The position numbers and the translations under genes are program-made. From positions 62,001 through 126,000 of the forward strand of contig JAYWIR010000077.1 in assembly GCA_036172245.1 (NCBI GenBank): a stretch of 64,000 bases of DNA, given 5' to 3'. The notes beneath the pieces were generated by a model that searched no databases, was not told the DNA's origin, and was given only the letters and a program-made list of their open reading frames with translations. Positions within the stretch are counted from its first letter, which is position 1, and each line of letters begins with the position of its first letter. Below are positions 1 to 14,999 of the stretch, in pieces. This DNA comes from Raillietiella orientalis (taxonomy: Eukaryota).

Positions 1-3000
1 TTGGAAGAATGTTAAACATCCGTATTATGTGCATTGATGAGGCATGCTTTTCCACTCTGTAATGATTTCCAGTGGACCTTATTAGCTGCTTTCAAGACTT
101 CCACTTTTGTGAGCATTGTGCATGCATGAACATGGAAGCCTTTAAACCACAGTTTATAGTTTACATCTGTTTGAATAACAATTGAGTCCTGAATAACAGT
201 TGAGGTGTATTCAGTTTTGATGAAGGTCTGCAGTGTTTCCTATTCCTAGGGCTTTTTGCGAGATCTTTATAGATGTTATCTAATGCTGTTTGGTGTGTGC
301 AGTTCTAATTATGCACCAGAAGTTCAAACATTAGGAATTGGCATCTTGGTTTCTATTGGAAATCTCAGTGTACAGACTGCCTGGTGTTTATTCACTTTTT
401 TAAGCAATGGAACAAAAGTTCACTTTTGGTTTCTGATAACAATTATTCCATTTTCACTCTCTCTGGGAGTTCTTTTGCAACTGTTGCCAATTTTGAGGAA
501 TCTGAAGTCGAATTTGAAAGAATTCGAGATTTCACAGCAGAAATTATCCATCAGAATTTAGTTATTTCGCTTTAAGAGCTTTCTTCACGCGTCGCCTAGC
601 AAAGCATCTCACCGGAGCTCTTATTGCAAAGCAGAAGAGTTGGTTGGCGCTTTTCGCAGTTGGTATTCGTGTCCTTGCGGAAAACGCATGGAAACAAACC
701 GAATTCCTTGTTCCAAGTGTTTGCCAAAGCGTACACTTGAGAATTTCGCCGTGTTCTTCGTTGTCTGCTTATGGTGTTGCTTTCCGGGCACTGCTGGTGT
801 GTATTTTCCGATATGCAGAGTGAGGCAAAAGAGTGCGAGCTGAGCGATTGGAACATCCAGAATCCTGCTTATGAAAACACGAGAATGCATGTGTATCTTT
901 GGTTCTTCCTGGTCAAGTAATCATCCGCAAACTGCTGCCTTTCTTTCCCCTTATGTAGGCGTTGCATTAAGAACCTCAAGCCCTATCATGAGCGATGAGA
1001 AGTGGAAGTCACTCCTCGCAGAATCGCAATGTAGAGTGAGTTTCCGAGCCTTTCATAGCTCCCCCCCATCTTACAGGAGATCGTGTATCATGTCCGTAAG
1101 CTCCATTTTAATAGCACGACCTTTCGTTTGTGAAGATGCCGGCCGTTTTGAAATAAAAGAAGGAATGCCCTACAGCATTTGATTCCTCGTCTTCATCTGT
1201 GACATTCAAAAATGGATTGTCTCGCCAACCTGAATCCGTCTAATTCGGTAGGAAAAGTGTCCATAAGAGACAAAGGACGTATCGAGAAAGAAAAACGTAT
1301 TCCAGCAAGGCGAGTTGGATCTCGTCCACGGCCTTCGTTTCGAGAAACCACGGGAACGTCAGCTATTCCTCAATCAGCATTATCGCCATTTAGATTCTGT
1401 CGTTGGCATGCATTCAGCATCAGCGAATCGCTCCAAAGTGAAAGCAACGGAGAAAAAGAATCTCCAACTCACAAACCGATTTTCCTATCACGAGCCACCT
1501 TCAATCGGTTGTTCATTCATGGGCGGTATAGGGATTTGCATAAGCACGGAACCAAGGGCTGCAAAAAGAGTACAAATTGCCTAGGAGCAGCCTTCAGAAT
1601 CTATGGGGCTACTTTTGGCTTCTGTGTTGTTCGGAAATTGCACGCATATTTCTCCGAGATGCGATTTGATGAGAAAGAGATATGTGTTCATAGCCACTGC
1701 TGTTCCCTACTTCGCCGAGGCTGCTTCTTGATGTTGCGAAAGTTGGTCTCAGTCCTTGGCAGCAATATGACAAAAAAAGCTTGCAGTATCTCCACAGCAC
1801 TGCATCTCACCATTTCGTTCTGCTGGTACGACGAATTCTCTCGGACAAATCACTGCGGAGGTGGCAGACTAAAGACCCCTTCAAATTCAGAAGCCTAAAT
1901 CGCATTTCGTGGAAAGCGTTCATGGCTGAGCTCAGATGAGTACATTTGAAGTCCTCCGAAACGATAAACAAAAATTGTCTCTTCCTGAAATGGAGGGCTC
2001 TCGGAAGAGGGAGTTCCACAGGCTGTCAGCGAAAACTCAAACGCAAAGTAATGACTTTGCGCATGGAAACGTGTTCCTCATGCTCAACATGTGCTCACTC
2101 ACATGAGGTCTGCTAGCAATGTAGTTGGCTGCTGTCTCCCAACAAATGCACTTGCTGTAAACACAAGGGAACGCCTTCACTGAAAGGTTTTCAGCAATAC
2201 CAAGGAATGCCAATATGCACTCCGTTACACATACGCACGCAATTGTAGCCCAAATGATGTCGGCAATGCAGTATTCTGTGATTGCAGGACGGCCTCCTGA
2301 ATCTACTGATCAACTCCAGTTGAGAATTTTGGAAGAAGAAGTTTCCTGCTGTTGGTGTACCACTGACCCAATTTTCTCAACTATTGCGAAGGCTCTGTCC
2401 GCTTCCAAGAACTGCTGCCAAACACCTTAAGCACTGATCTCCAGCTTTCTAAACTGCACAGCTACCAGGTAGTGGAGCCCGGCAATGCCCAATCTGAGAG
2501 GTGGCAATTACTGCTGGTGCTCCTTCGTCATGGAAGCATCGAATCGCTTCACGGCGCTCTACACATTTGAGCTGGTGCCATGAGGCTCTTGAGATAGAGG
2601 TTGCCTCTTCTTGTGCAAACACACACTTCTTGTGCACACTCGGTTCGAGCAAATGCAAAGTTGAACTATCTTTGTTGCACGGTCAACCCTTGTGTTCTCT
2701 GGTGCCATTCTCTGGTTCTCTGGAGGATGCACATTATGAATAGTCCTCAAGAGAATGTATTTTTTCCTCTGTATATCTTCGTGCTCCAACACACCAAAGC
2801 GAACGATAAGCACGGGAGATTCTTTCTTTACAAGAAGTTCTATCCCAACACCATCGTTGTAGTGTACTTCAAAAAAAAAAGCTTTGAATGCTGCTAATTC
2901 GCACCAATCTGTGAAAACAGCTTCATGGAAGTTCGTACAACGAAACCGGTGATTGGTGTGATTGCGTTTCCACGTTCGTTCTTATCGTCATCATATTGAA

Positions 3001-5485
3001 ACAAATGGCATTCCCATTAAGTTGGAAAGGATTCGTAAGAATGTGTTCGACGTATCGGTCACAGAATCCACTTGCACCTAGCTGGAAATTCTGCGTGTCC
3101 GATGCACAGTGTGCACATGTGTGGGAAAGGCACTCGAGAAACCAGAGTTACCTATCTACCCTGACCTTTGAACTTTACATGTGACCAGCAAACGGAATAG
3201 GCATTTTTGGCCACTGCAGTCATCCAGCGGCATCGCCGAAGCTGCAGGTGATTCGAAATCGCCCCGGGAGTAGCCAAGACGTCTCGAAGCTCTCATTTCT
3301 GGAAGGCAAGTTTTCCTCTTCTAAACAGTCGCTAGGCAACTCAAAGACAGAAAGTGGAGTCTGTTTAAGAAGAGTACGCTCCTGACTATGCTTTTCTGTC
3401 CTCCGTCTCGTATGCGATTCGCGTGACTCAACTGTGAAGCATAGGCAGTGATTTTTCCGCTCTTCGCTAGCAGAATGACCTTTGGCGTGATGTTTGCTCG
3501 AAGGAGTGCGTGTGGCACAATTCAGGATTAGAAGAAACGAGGCACTTTGTGAACTCATGGAAACGATGGAGACTGCAGCCGTGCTTCTTCTCATCCAACC
3601 ATGGGATTTTCTATGACTTTTTACTCCACAATGGGATCACTGTGTTCACGGGTTTGCGAAAACAGTGATGGTTTGTCAAGAAACTCCAAGAGGAACTCAC
3701 ACACACAGGAAGAAACGAGTGTGCCCTTCGGTTTTTTTCAACGTGTGGCTCATATCGAAACACCCCCCGGAAATATCTTGGGAATTCTCTCCCGAAGAAG
3801 CTCAATTTTCAGCGGTACGTTGAATATCTCGGACTAGAAAGGCTCAGCCTCTCCGCTCAGTTTCCGGTCCCAGCTTGAAATACGCGGAAGCGTGTTAAAA
3901 CTCCGGGCGGAAATGGCAACCCTGCTTCGACTCGGGTGACGAGCACGTCCGGAACGGAGGTGGATGCATCTCATAGTCGATGCTGCTGCTGAAAGATGTC
4001 ACGAGCTCCGAGTGATCACTCGGTGAAATTCGTCTTTTCAGACACGCATCCGTGCCCGGCCCTTTTCGCAACTCCTCTCTTCGTTTTCTTTTCCTCCAGT
4101 GACATTCAAGAAAGGTTTTCTCTGTGTGCAACACGAAACACCAATCCCTGTCCTTCCCTCATTAAGGGCAGGAAAACTCTCAAGAAGCGAACTCTTACCT
4201 ATGAAAAAATCTCTTCTGTACAGCAGCGATCTAACGTTTCCAACATGAGCAGAACGGTGCTGCGAGAAAAGTGACTTCCACGAATATGTGCATCCACAGA
4301 AGGAAACTTGCGCATACAAGATACACAAATGCTGGTCCACGGGAATTTTATCTTTTGAAGTGAAAAAATGATCTCTGAAATTGTTAGTGATGGAGGAGAT
4401 TCATTTTGTTTTTCTGTTCCGTGTGATCAGTAGCTCAGTTTTCACCGACTTTCCATCCATTGAAGTTGATAGAGCTCTCAAAAAGAGTTTCTCATGAGTT
4501 GTGAGTGCGTCGTTGCGAGTTTGAAGTGTTGGCTCAAAGTTGGTTTCAGTCTTTGGTTTGCAGAGTTTCTTGATCCGGGGAACGCACAAGCCTGCCACAC
4601 GAAAATCTGTCCCTGATCACCTCAGGGCGAGCCACTGGAGCTGGAAACAAATGGGTTATCTCTTTCGAAGGAATAGGCAGCACCAAATGATGTGCTCCTT
4701 CACTTTTTCTTAGGGACTCATAGTGAGCGGGTTTCTGATTACTGAATGATTCCTCCCTGGACGTGAAGAGTTGCTGCATAAAAAGTCTGGACAGGTGCAG
4801 GCGTTTGCTGGTACGTGGCTTAGAGGGGAAAAAACCACACACATATAGCTCCAGAAGCTTTACAGAGTTCCCTGAGGATCGCTCGTGCATTTCTCTGAAG
4901 GAAAAACGGGGAATGTATCGAAATCAACCGACATTGCCGTTCAAATACTACGTATACGAAAATTTGGATACCGATACTTTGTGAAGGACATGAAAGTACT
5001 CACGAAAGCAGAGTCATCGAGTTCATTTCCAGAGCTGACTGTGGCATCAAGAAACAAAACAGTTGTTTGCTGGACAAACACCCGTTGCTCTCATCTTTGA
5101 TGGAAAGTGGCAGGGATTTGGCAACTCGGAAGAATGGTGCCGTTCTAACCCCTCGAGGAGCAAAGAAAAGCAAATGTGCAAACCGTCTAGAATGGGGAAA
5201 GGTTGAAAGGAAGCGGCGAACATTCTTCATTCCTAGTCTGCCAATTCTCTTTGCAGCCACAAATACCGTGGTTTGTGAGCTGCGGAGAAGGCGTTCATGT
5301 GAGGTGGTCGCACGCTGTGTAGAGTGTGGCTACGGGTGGGGTCGTGTACGCTCCCGAGTCATCACATCGGATTACGAACCCCTCTTTTGGGCTGACGAGC
5401 TTCCTCTGTTCCCAAGAGTGGCTGCTCAATTACCAGGATAACGATGACTTGAGCCATATGGGTTTCCCGTTTCCAGTTTGCAGCC

Positions 5486-7538
5486 TCAAAAAGTGAGCTT
5501 TTTTCTCCGCGGACAGCGGTAAACGCACTTTGCTTTCCGCACTCTCCGCCTTCTGCGTTTGTCTCCATGTGAATCCATGCAGCGATGTGCACACCTGAAC
5601 AAGAGCACATGTGCAGACACGCGACGGAACGCCCCTGTGAACCCTCCTGAAGGTGGAGTGGCACCTTTGGACGCGTGCACGAATACAGACATACACATAC
5701 ATTCACGTGTTCCTTTTAAACCTTTTTTGGCGTCGAAGGCGCGAGTGGGAACTCTTCTCGCTCCCGACGGCTCACTTGTCTTCACGGCAGTGCGATCCCA
5801 ACCAAACCCTTCTCGTGGACAGAGCACATTCTCCGGCTCCGCCTCTCCTATGGTGCTCCCTATTCCCGCGAAGCCAGTGGAAAATTGTGCGCTTCTGTGA
5901 ATCCGGGAAGTTTGGCTTTTTCCAAGCGTTTTTGCTCGTAGACACAGGAAAGCGTTGCTGCCATCCAAGACCAAGATTGTTTCTGCTATGTGTCGATCCT
6001 CGCTAATGTACTCCACTCTTTCGGGCGTGTTTGGTTCTGTGGTTTCCGGTTTTGGGAAAAAGTGCCCACTTCTTCCCACTCTTGAATTTTTCTCTGGAAT
6101 GTGTTCGATTTACGCATGTTGGGTTCTCAATGTTTTTACGTAAAATTTTGCGGAAGCATTCCAGCACTAGCACTTTCCAAAAATGATGTCAGTTCTGTGG
6201 ATCGAGAGCAACGCTTAAAAGCAAATGAAAGTTCTGTTCATAAGTAGAAGCAGCAGAACTAATTCGGAGACATGAGTGACGACGGAGAAGCATCCGGCGG
6301 AACGCATACTTATTCGTGAATTTGATGGGCGAGTAGTCCCTTCTTGGCAAGCAGAAAGAATAACATCCTAGCTGTCTCTAAGAATGCCTCGTTTGCAGTG
6401 AGCAGCTCCAGCATTCGGAGTTTTATCATTCTTTTCCTTCAGAAGGGAGGAAACACTGTGTGCAAATGTACTGATGTTTTCAGTCCTTGGAATGTTCAGC
6501 GTTGCCGATCGTTTCGTGCTTTCATCCTGCAAGTCGCCCCCCAATGTTTTCGCCGAAAGTGTTCCCAGCGCAGTTGTGAACAAAGAGTACGCCATCTTTG
6601 AAGATGCATAGGTTGACAGCAGGGCAGCCGCTGAAGTCGAGCTAAAAGACACTCCTTTCTGGAACTTCCTCGAGGATAACTCGCCTTGACAAACCTGCAC
6701 TGGACCAGGATCTCCGGAACCTGGCGTTTTCGCACTTCCTGGCGGTCACCAAACGCGACTACACGAAACCTCTTTTCTCGAATGCCGATGCTTGCAAGTT
6801 CATGGCTTCAGGGTGTGTTCCCAGCACTCTCGAACTTACAGCGGGAATCAGACAACCCGGAAAACCAAAACGAAAATGCCTCAACGGAAAAGGAAGCACT
6901 TTCATGGATTTGTGAAGGATTTGGGAGACCAAATGGAAATTGAACCATTCCAGTGCGAAATTTTTCGTTGAAATGAGGACAACTGCAACAGATCCACTGT
7001 GTGAGTTTTGTACTCTTCCCGTTTCCTTGCACGTCTCAGTGGAGGTCTCATTTGAAGACGGTTTGGGCAGAAACGTGGCAGACAGAATAGTCGGAGCGAG
7101 AAGAACCGCAGAACTGCGCCGCAGAGTTCGTTTGGGGGATAAGCTGTTTGCCCGTTGAAGGTTCGTAGTGATGTACGTGGCAATTATGGAATCTTCGGGA
7201 ATGTCTGGATCTTCTGATGAGCGATAATCAACCCTTGTCGCAGTTTCACTCTCTTGAATCACATTGACACAGACGAAAGACATGACAAAAGATATGGTGC
7301 TGTGACGTAAGACTGACGTAAGAGCTAGCGAAACCGAACTGTTGCTTGGAAGCGAACTCTGGCCACAGTCACGCAACCCAGGAGCGGATTTGTTCATCTC
7401 AAAGATCTCAGACATCGAAACAGATTGAATGGCAAACGAAATGGAGTCGAAGAAACGCGAGATCCCCATAAAAAGCGAGGAAGCGCTGTTTGAAAGTGAA
7501 AGTTTCAGAAAATGGCCAGGACTAAACACCTGCGGCAA
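5486..7538 (-). CDS. Possible exons of an uncharacterised multi-exon gene (may extend across ~600-9850)
   Basis: Two of the longer minus-strand ORFs (5486-6079, 6759-7538) have protein-like Ser/Thr/Glu-rich segments. Minus-strand donor- and acceptor-like sites occur through the region (e.g. ATTTAG acceptor near 1895, GTGAG donor near 1810). No family was recognised and a clean gene model could not be built. Confidence 0.25.
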
Positions 7539-10500
7539 CTGTGCAACCCTTTTATTTATCTCTTATCTGGAGGCACGTGAGCAGGCAATCAAGCGAGGGT
7601 GCCACTCGCGCGCGACATACGAGAAGATTCCATATGCGCTTTCTACTTGATGTGGGTAAGATTTCGTGATTTGCTTCACAACCAATGGAGGAAATTGGAA
7701 CTTGGGAATTGTGATGCAAGTGTGCCTCAAGCACATGGGGTTTTTTATTTTTGTAGCTTGACGCTTACCATCACCTATACTTTCAGCAAGCAGACATGAC
7801 CACTTCGTAAAAATACAGATGCACGTATGAAAGCAAGCAGACGTTTTTGCCATATGATTTTTTAAGGATTTTTTGTTCTTCGTTCACATCTTGACAGAAA
7901 AGGCTGCAAGTTAGTCAGACTTTCAACTTTGTTGAGAAAATGTGCGCACACACCAGATGTTCATGCTGATTCTTTTCGAAGCATTCCTCGAAACTTTGCG
8001 AAAAATGCCATGGAAAGTAGTGCAGCATCGTGTTCATCAGATTCGCAGTGTAAGGTCATGTCTCCGGCGAGTCACATGTCACGGAAGCTGCCTGTTTGAT
8101 TTTCAACTCGGTCCATTAACGATGATCGGTCGATGCACCCGCTGGAGTGGCCGGTGGCCGCCGTTCCACATGAAGAGCGCAGAGAGAAGAAATATCAACT
8201 ACCTAGCATCGTTGATGGTCCGAGTTTATTACCTGGTATTTTGAAAAATGCCCTTCCGAAACTATTTGTCCTGGTCGGAAGAAGGAGATCGTGCGCTGGT
8301 TTTCCTGAGAACAAGTCTATCCACAAATCAATTTCTCAATTGCGACTGCTCATGAAGAAGTAACGTCGAAGGAGCGCAGGAGAGTGCCATTTTCTCAACT
8401 CGGGCGTTCAGTTGAGACTTGGGAGTTTTTATCGGAGATCCCTCCTTGCCAATGAAGAAGACCTCCTCTGTCGTCTTCTTCGAGCAGGAAGGCAACTTCC
8501 TCAAGCAGAAATTTAGATACAGAAACCCGAAACGCTGCTTCCATTTACAGCAATCGAGAGAAAGAGGACACCTTCAGTCAACTGTCAGATATCATCACTT
8601 GCTGCGATACCACAGCAGCATCCATCAGCAAAGCCCAAATCAACCACTCTCACTGAGTGTTCCTAAGAATCTCCGATTTGCGCTAATCGCTTCGGAACCT
8701 GCTGACAGGTTTTTGCTTAGGTCACTGTTTCGTGGATACCGTCTCGTCTCCGTTGCCTTGTGTCTCAACCGATGGATGTCTGCAGCTCCACTTGTAAGAT
8801 GCCACAAGCAGTGGCCATTCGAGGGCGCGCAGCAACTACCCTCGTTAAGCAGGATAGTTTTGCAGCCTTATCTTTCTGCATGCATCAGCATCTGGTCAAA
8901 ACCCATGGATTTGTCAATGATACCTGGTGATTCAGGGTTTCTCGCAGTGTTAGGAAACATATCAAATAGTGAGTTGTGGGCTGGGGATTTGACTGTTAAG
9001 AAGATTGACTTGCAATATTCTTCACCAGATCGAACACGGAATGGCCAGCGCATTCTTCAGTCTGAATAATAAGAACTGTGTCCACAATATTCAATGAATT
9101 GTATACTTTCCATGCTCCTGCTGGGTGGGGAAGTTTTCAACCGCATTCCGTTGTTTGTGCTTCGATGACTGGTAAAAGGGAAGCACTTTGCACGGGCTTG
9201 TTTGGACATTTAGTGGACTCTGAGGACGAGAATGGATTTCCAGCGAATCTTCAAACCCTGGTGGCGCCTTGGGGTTTGGGTGCCATGAAGGCACCGAAAA
9301 GTGAATTTTCAGGTGGCAGCAAAAAGGTTTGCATTTTCCATTCATCCCCAAGCGTTTGACGGAAGAACTCCACAAAATCTTCAGTTTGGAAATGCGTCAT
9401 TTCTTTCATGGGATTTCAGGAGCTTTCCACCACTGCGCTGGCTGGAAGAAGGTGGCCAAGTTCCGGACCGGATTCGGGAGAAATTGCTTTCACGGGATGG
9501 TAAGACGTGCATCGGTGCTGCTGTTTGATCAGCAGTCTTCCATCTTCCGTGCGCAGTGCTCGTGTACGAATGCATGAGGAACGGACTTCCGCGTACTGAA
9601 CATTTTGTGCAAGCGTGACCATGGTACAGGAGATGGGACAGTTGAAGGAGGAACGCTTGTACCGGGGTATGCCGGATGATGGGAATTCCAGAAAGCACAG
9701 AGCCACGGAGATACCGAGTGGTAAAGGCGACCTCCGAGGAGAGTCACGCCCTAAAGGGAAAAAAGCATGCATTCGCAGCGAGGAAAAATGGAGAGTACAG
9801 TAAAAGATGGTGAATGTCGGTCACCTCTTATGGACTACCTACGTGTCATTGCCCATGAACTATCCTAAGTTTATTGAGCTGCCATAATACCCCAAAATAG
9901 GAAAGAGGGCCGCTCCCCATCTTCCGCGCTTCCATTTGTCAAATTTCTTTTTCTTTTATTTAACTTTGCATTTTTATTTTTTCGCTCAATTTGCATCGTA
10001 ATTATTTCATAGTTTTCAAAAATTCGAAATTTATATATTCATTCAAAATGTATACACATATACGATGGGCATATGCACTTTTATTTTTATAATCTTCATG
10101 GAGTATATCAATTTATATACTATTAATTGCATAACTATATATATACCAGTATATACAATCATCATGTTTTTATTTTTAATAATCTTCAATATATATGTCA
10201 ACAATATTATGAACTTATGAATTATAAATTAAAGTGTACGTTAATAAATTTCAATGAATACACATGTTTAAATAATATCCCTGTTAATAGTACGTACATT
10301 CGTAAATATGAATATTAAAATGAATTTGTGGATTAATCTATGTAGAGCTGTCCTATTATCGTTAGAGATTTTCATACTTCAGGATTGCGTGTTTGGGATT
10401 TTGCTCGCCTCCGGGATAGAAAAAGCTGCTGCCCAAACAAGCCTTTTTTTTTTCCTTTTTGTTTTCTTTCCTTTTCTTTTTTCCCTTTTGAGGAACGGGG

Positions 10501-10837
10501 GCAGAGGTGCGTCCTGCCCAACATTTCCAGAAGCTCCTAAAGGACTTGGTGTTTCGAGCAAGCATTGCGAATCCCTGTAAGTGCAACCGCTGAATTCCAG
10601 TTTCAACTTTGTGCCACAGCTGCCACTTTGGCCACAGTTTGCAGCCGAAAGTTCTGAGATTTCGAAGATTCTCTCGAGAAAGCAGGCTTTGAGTCGCCCG
10701 GAAATCTCCTGTTCCTTTTTTTCCCGTAGCAACATGACGGATCATGTTGCATACTAACGGCAGTTCACATCATCGGTGACGTTGTTTCGGTTAAGCAGTC
10801 GATGATGTCCCGGATTTGATCCCATCAAGTCATCTCC

Positions 10838-12484
10838 ATGCGTACGGATCGAATAACCGTGTTTTTCGATTGCTTCTCTCATCTTGGAAAGCGCAGACCT
10901 CTCCTGTTAAAATTCTCTGATCAGGAAAAAGAGCATGCCTTCTGCAGAAGAAACTTCGATGCACAGCATTTTCAGATCACCCTTATGACAGCTGCTGATT
11001 GTGCGGTTTGTACATTAAACCTTTCTAATCCAAACCTCCAAAGATTGAATCCCTTGATTACTTCTCAAGGTCACTTGGAAGAGTTGTATATGCTTTCTTA
11101 TGCTTCAAGGTAATTAGGCTGTGCTAGTATTTACGAGAGCCACCGTACGCGCTGAGAAGTTGACCTCGTAGAACTGAGAAGCTGAGTTTCATACAGATCT
11201 CGCAAGCCAAAAAGTTTCTTACCGGTTCAGGATTGTTCCAGGAATTCAGCCGCTTTACGCCATCAGAATTGAGATCGATCTTCTCATGCCATTCGATCGA
11301 TACGCGCATCTTTTCCGAATTTCGTGCAATGGTCGTCGAGTTTTGAATTGGCAAACAGTGAAGCTCTTCCACAGCCATGCGTGGATGAACTACGATGCTG
11401 CACTTTCGAAGAAGCAAAGCTTCTTTCGATGTTGCTCTGAAAAGAAATAAATGACGAACCGATTGTTCTATCATGGCATTATGCAAAACTTGCAATTTGT
11501 TTACTGATTATAAAAGAGTGAAAATGGAAATGGAAATACTGGCAGAGGGATGAGATCGGATGCCAGTCAAATAGCATCAATCAGATAATCCTTCTGGTGC
11601 GGAAGTCTGCAGAGTACTCATCGCTCGTTACCGGAATAAATTGGAAGGGGTGCGAAGCTCGGAGGTAAATGGTGCAGCAAGCATCGAATATCTGGGAATA
11701 ACGTGCATCAAAAAGTGATGACGTGATGTGTGATGAATCGATAGCTGGATATGTCTCCAAGCATATGATACTCCATTGATTGCAGAACAAAGGATTCCCT
11801 AAGGCATGATAAGGATAAAACATGGAATGAAATGATATGAAATAAGGATATGGAAGCTGAAGGCATGATGATGACCTTCGACCAAGCAAGAAGGATACGC
11901 CTATGTGAGTGGTAATGGTGATACTGAAACGAGAGAAGCTTTTATGTGTGAAGGAGCGACATGGGCGTAGGTGACAAGACAAGAGACCAGCAGCAGCAGT
12001 ATCCGATCGGCGTGCAGTCGACCTACCAAATTCAGGCCCTCCAAAAGGAGAGGAACGTGTCCAGGGAATCCGTGAAAACAACGGGAATGTTAGCAGCGGA
12101 AAGGATCGTGCTTGCGTTCGCAGTAAACGAAGGAGGAAAAAGAAGCAGACTACCCCACACCGGGCCTCCGACTCTGAATCCTCTGGTGTGCGAAAGGTAC
12201 GAGACTGGTCTCATTCAAGCCGTCCAGATCCTCTACACTTACGGTGGTCACAGTGATCGCTGAATGAAACTGCTGGAGACAATTATGACGGCGGAACTAT
12301 CATCAGGGAAACTGGGCACGCGTTGAAATGCAGTGCTGACAAGCAGACTTCAAGTTGCAGCAGGTCCAATAAAGCGAGCAGCCAATTTTTCAGGCGCAAA
12401 TGGACAGGGATGCAGGAAATCCAAGATTGCTTCTTGCAGGAAACCTCGACAGAGCGGGCGTCCAGCAAACGTCTCTCCCCCTAA
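10838..12484 (+). CDS. Possible uncharacterised multi-exon gene
   Basis: Plus-strand exon-like blocks are bounded by AG/GT, e.g. ...YASR|gtaatt (~11110), DNPSGAEVCRVLIARYRNKLEGVRSSE|gtaaat (~11665) and a basic RSKRRRKKK-containing block ending |gtacga (~12197). It lies downstream of an AT-rich island (9940-10340). No homology was recognised. Confidence 0.25.
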
Positions 12485-14999
12485 TTTGAGAAGCTTCCGA
12501 GTTCGGATCACGCGGAAGTGGGAGGCTTTCTGCACGATACGATCCCTTGGATCCGACGAATCTACAGGAATCCTGTAGTTTATGAGTACATCCTTGCTGT
12601 TCGGCCTTCAGGTGGCACGTCGCACGTGCCACCTCATGAAAGGTCATAATGTAGCGGAGCAACCGCGGAAAACTTTGGCATTCCCAAGGAGGATCAGCAG
12701 CAGCGGCTAAAGGCTCAGAGGCACTCCGCGGACCTTCTTCGGAGAGGAGAGAGGGACAATGGTGATCACACGTCGGCCGTGCGGAATGGAGCGGAAATTA
12801 CGCCTTCACAACAACACCGCCGGACTTCCCTCACAGCTCAGTAGCCATGGAGCCTTTTGACCGACCTTAACCGAGGTCCACTCCCTGGGCTGGTCGCGTC
12901 GCACCGCGCAGAGATACCGTCGCATTTCCAGCCAGACTCTATGTGCATGTCCTCGGAGACCTTCATTGTTCCCCGGGCTATATGCTCCTGCGCCTCGCGC
13001 CTTCCCATACGACGTCCCTACCATGCTCCCCTTCTCTTTTGACCGGACTCACGCCTCTGGAGTCCTGGGCTTCGGGCTTCTGGGCTTCGGAATAACAAAA
13101 CGTCCTTCTCACTTTAGATCCGGGAGTTCAGATTGGATACGGATTTGAGGTAAATCTGCAGCGGGGATCTCTCTGCCTGATCTTCTTCTCACCCAAGCGA
13201 AGCCGAGTTGCTAGCCAGGGTAGTGGGGGAGAGGGAAGCGCGTTGGATGCTTCCGCCTCTCCCTCTTTCCATCCTTTTCCTCCTTCCATCCATCGCAGCA
13301 GAGCTGAAAGCTCTGCCATGTGAGTAATATCGCGGCACTTGCAGAGCAAGGAAACAACGCAACTTGTGACGCAACTCGTGACGTGGACGAAAAGCAATTA
13401 AATTGGTCATTACCAAACTGAACTCGGAAGGAGAGGCTCCTCTGCTTGTGAAGCGAAGTCCGAATACCTATGTGTCCTTGAAACACCTTGAAAGACTGTG
13501 GGATCAATTGCTGCTTCGCAGGACTGCTCGTCTTGGAGCTCAGCACACGGGAATTAAGTTTTTCGGAATCCTTCAGGCGATGAAAAGTCGGGAGCAAAGA
13601 AGAGCAAATTCGGTTCCACTACCTCTGGCGAAGTGGTTCTGGAGAGCGCAAGAAGTGGGAGACGAAGCTGAAAGGGGTTTTCTTTGTTTGTTTGCGAGTT
13701 CCCTTTCACTTGTCATACCTCCAAGCACCTGGGCGGCTCCCGGCAGTAGCGCCCTTGCCGCGCACATGCTCATCTCGTGTAGTTGCACCCTGCTCTTGGA
13801 GAACTTCTCTGCAAGAACGATGCTGCTGGCTGCTGCGGTGCATCATTTGCATGGTTCGCATGCATCTGGTAAATTAGTCTCGGCGTGGCAGAAGGAGTGC
13901 ATGTGCATGAGCTCGAGCAGGTAGGTCAGGAGAAGGAGAGGCGGAACCGCAGACACCGGCTCTACGACTACGGCGCGTTCCACTCCGCTCTTTCCAGCCG
14001 ACCAACGACAAATCCTTGACAGATCAACCGTGCGACGGAGGAGCTATCTTTTTTCTTCCTTCTCCCCTCCTTCCTCTTCCTTGAAGACTCTCGTGCTTGT
14101 GCATTTGATTTGCGATGCGTGTGTCGGGGGAGGAAGCTACGAAGGTGTACGCGAGAGCTGTCCCGTCCGTTCTCGGAGAATCTTTGGTATTGCAGAATCC
14201 TCTCAACGCAGGATGCTTCAATTCTCCTCATCAGCGCCCTCGCTCACACGCAGGGAAAGAGCACCACTGCTGCCGCTGCCGGAAGTGCCTGCTTGCTGTT
14301 ACCTTCGGGGAAGAATGAGGACGGGAAGGGAAAAAACAAACAAACGATGACATCGACTTAAAAGATAAAGGAAGGAAGAATTCGAGTCAGCACGCGCGTG
14401 TCGACGGACGAGCCCTCATGTCTTCTGTTACCGCTCAGGAAAAGCCATCTTGTTCCCATGGCTCTCCGCGCTCTTCGAAGAGCTCCCGAGGTTCGCCAGC
14501 GCGCCAACTGAGGCTTCCGCGTATTCCGTGCGGGCCGCTGCGGGCCCACTCTACGCGCGTCCGCAGCCCGCGGGTAGAGTGGGAAATTGACCGTCGAGGC
14601 GCTGGCGAGCGGCGGAGTAGATGAAATGAACTTTCTGCAGTCTCTTTGGAGGAGTGAGGTTCAAAGTCTGAGACGACTGAAATCCCGAAAGAGCATAAGA
14701 AATAAACATATATGCTCATTCCACATAGACTAGTATGAAAATTTATTGCAAGATGCACAGTTTCTCATGTTTAGTAACATACTTATTATTAACAGCAATA
14801 TTATTGGAACATGCGTATTTATTCAGATTTATTCACATGCACTAGATTAATAAAAGTCACAAGTCGCTGATTATATTATTCACATACATGTTAAAGATCA
14901 TAAAAATAAAAAGGCAAAAGAAGATTTGACATGTGAAAATGTGTATTAAAAAGAGTTAAACATATCTATTGGAATTTAAACACACCTATTGTGGCATGG

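Noticed and set aside
1..575. Short ORFs in CpG-poor sequence at the window start, possibly a retroelement relic
   Set aside because: No diagnostic motif was recognised, so it is not called as a feature.
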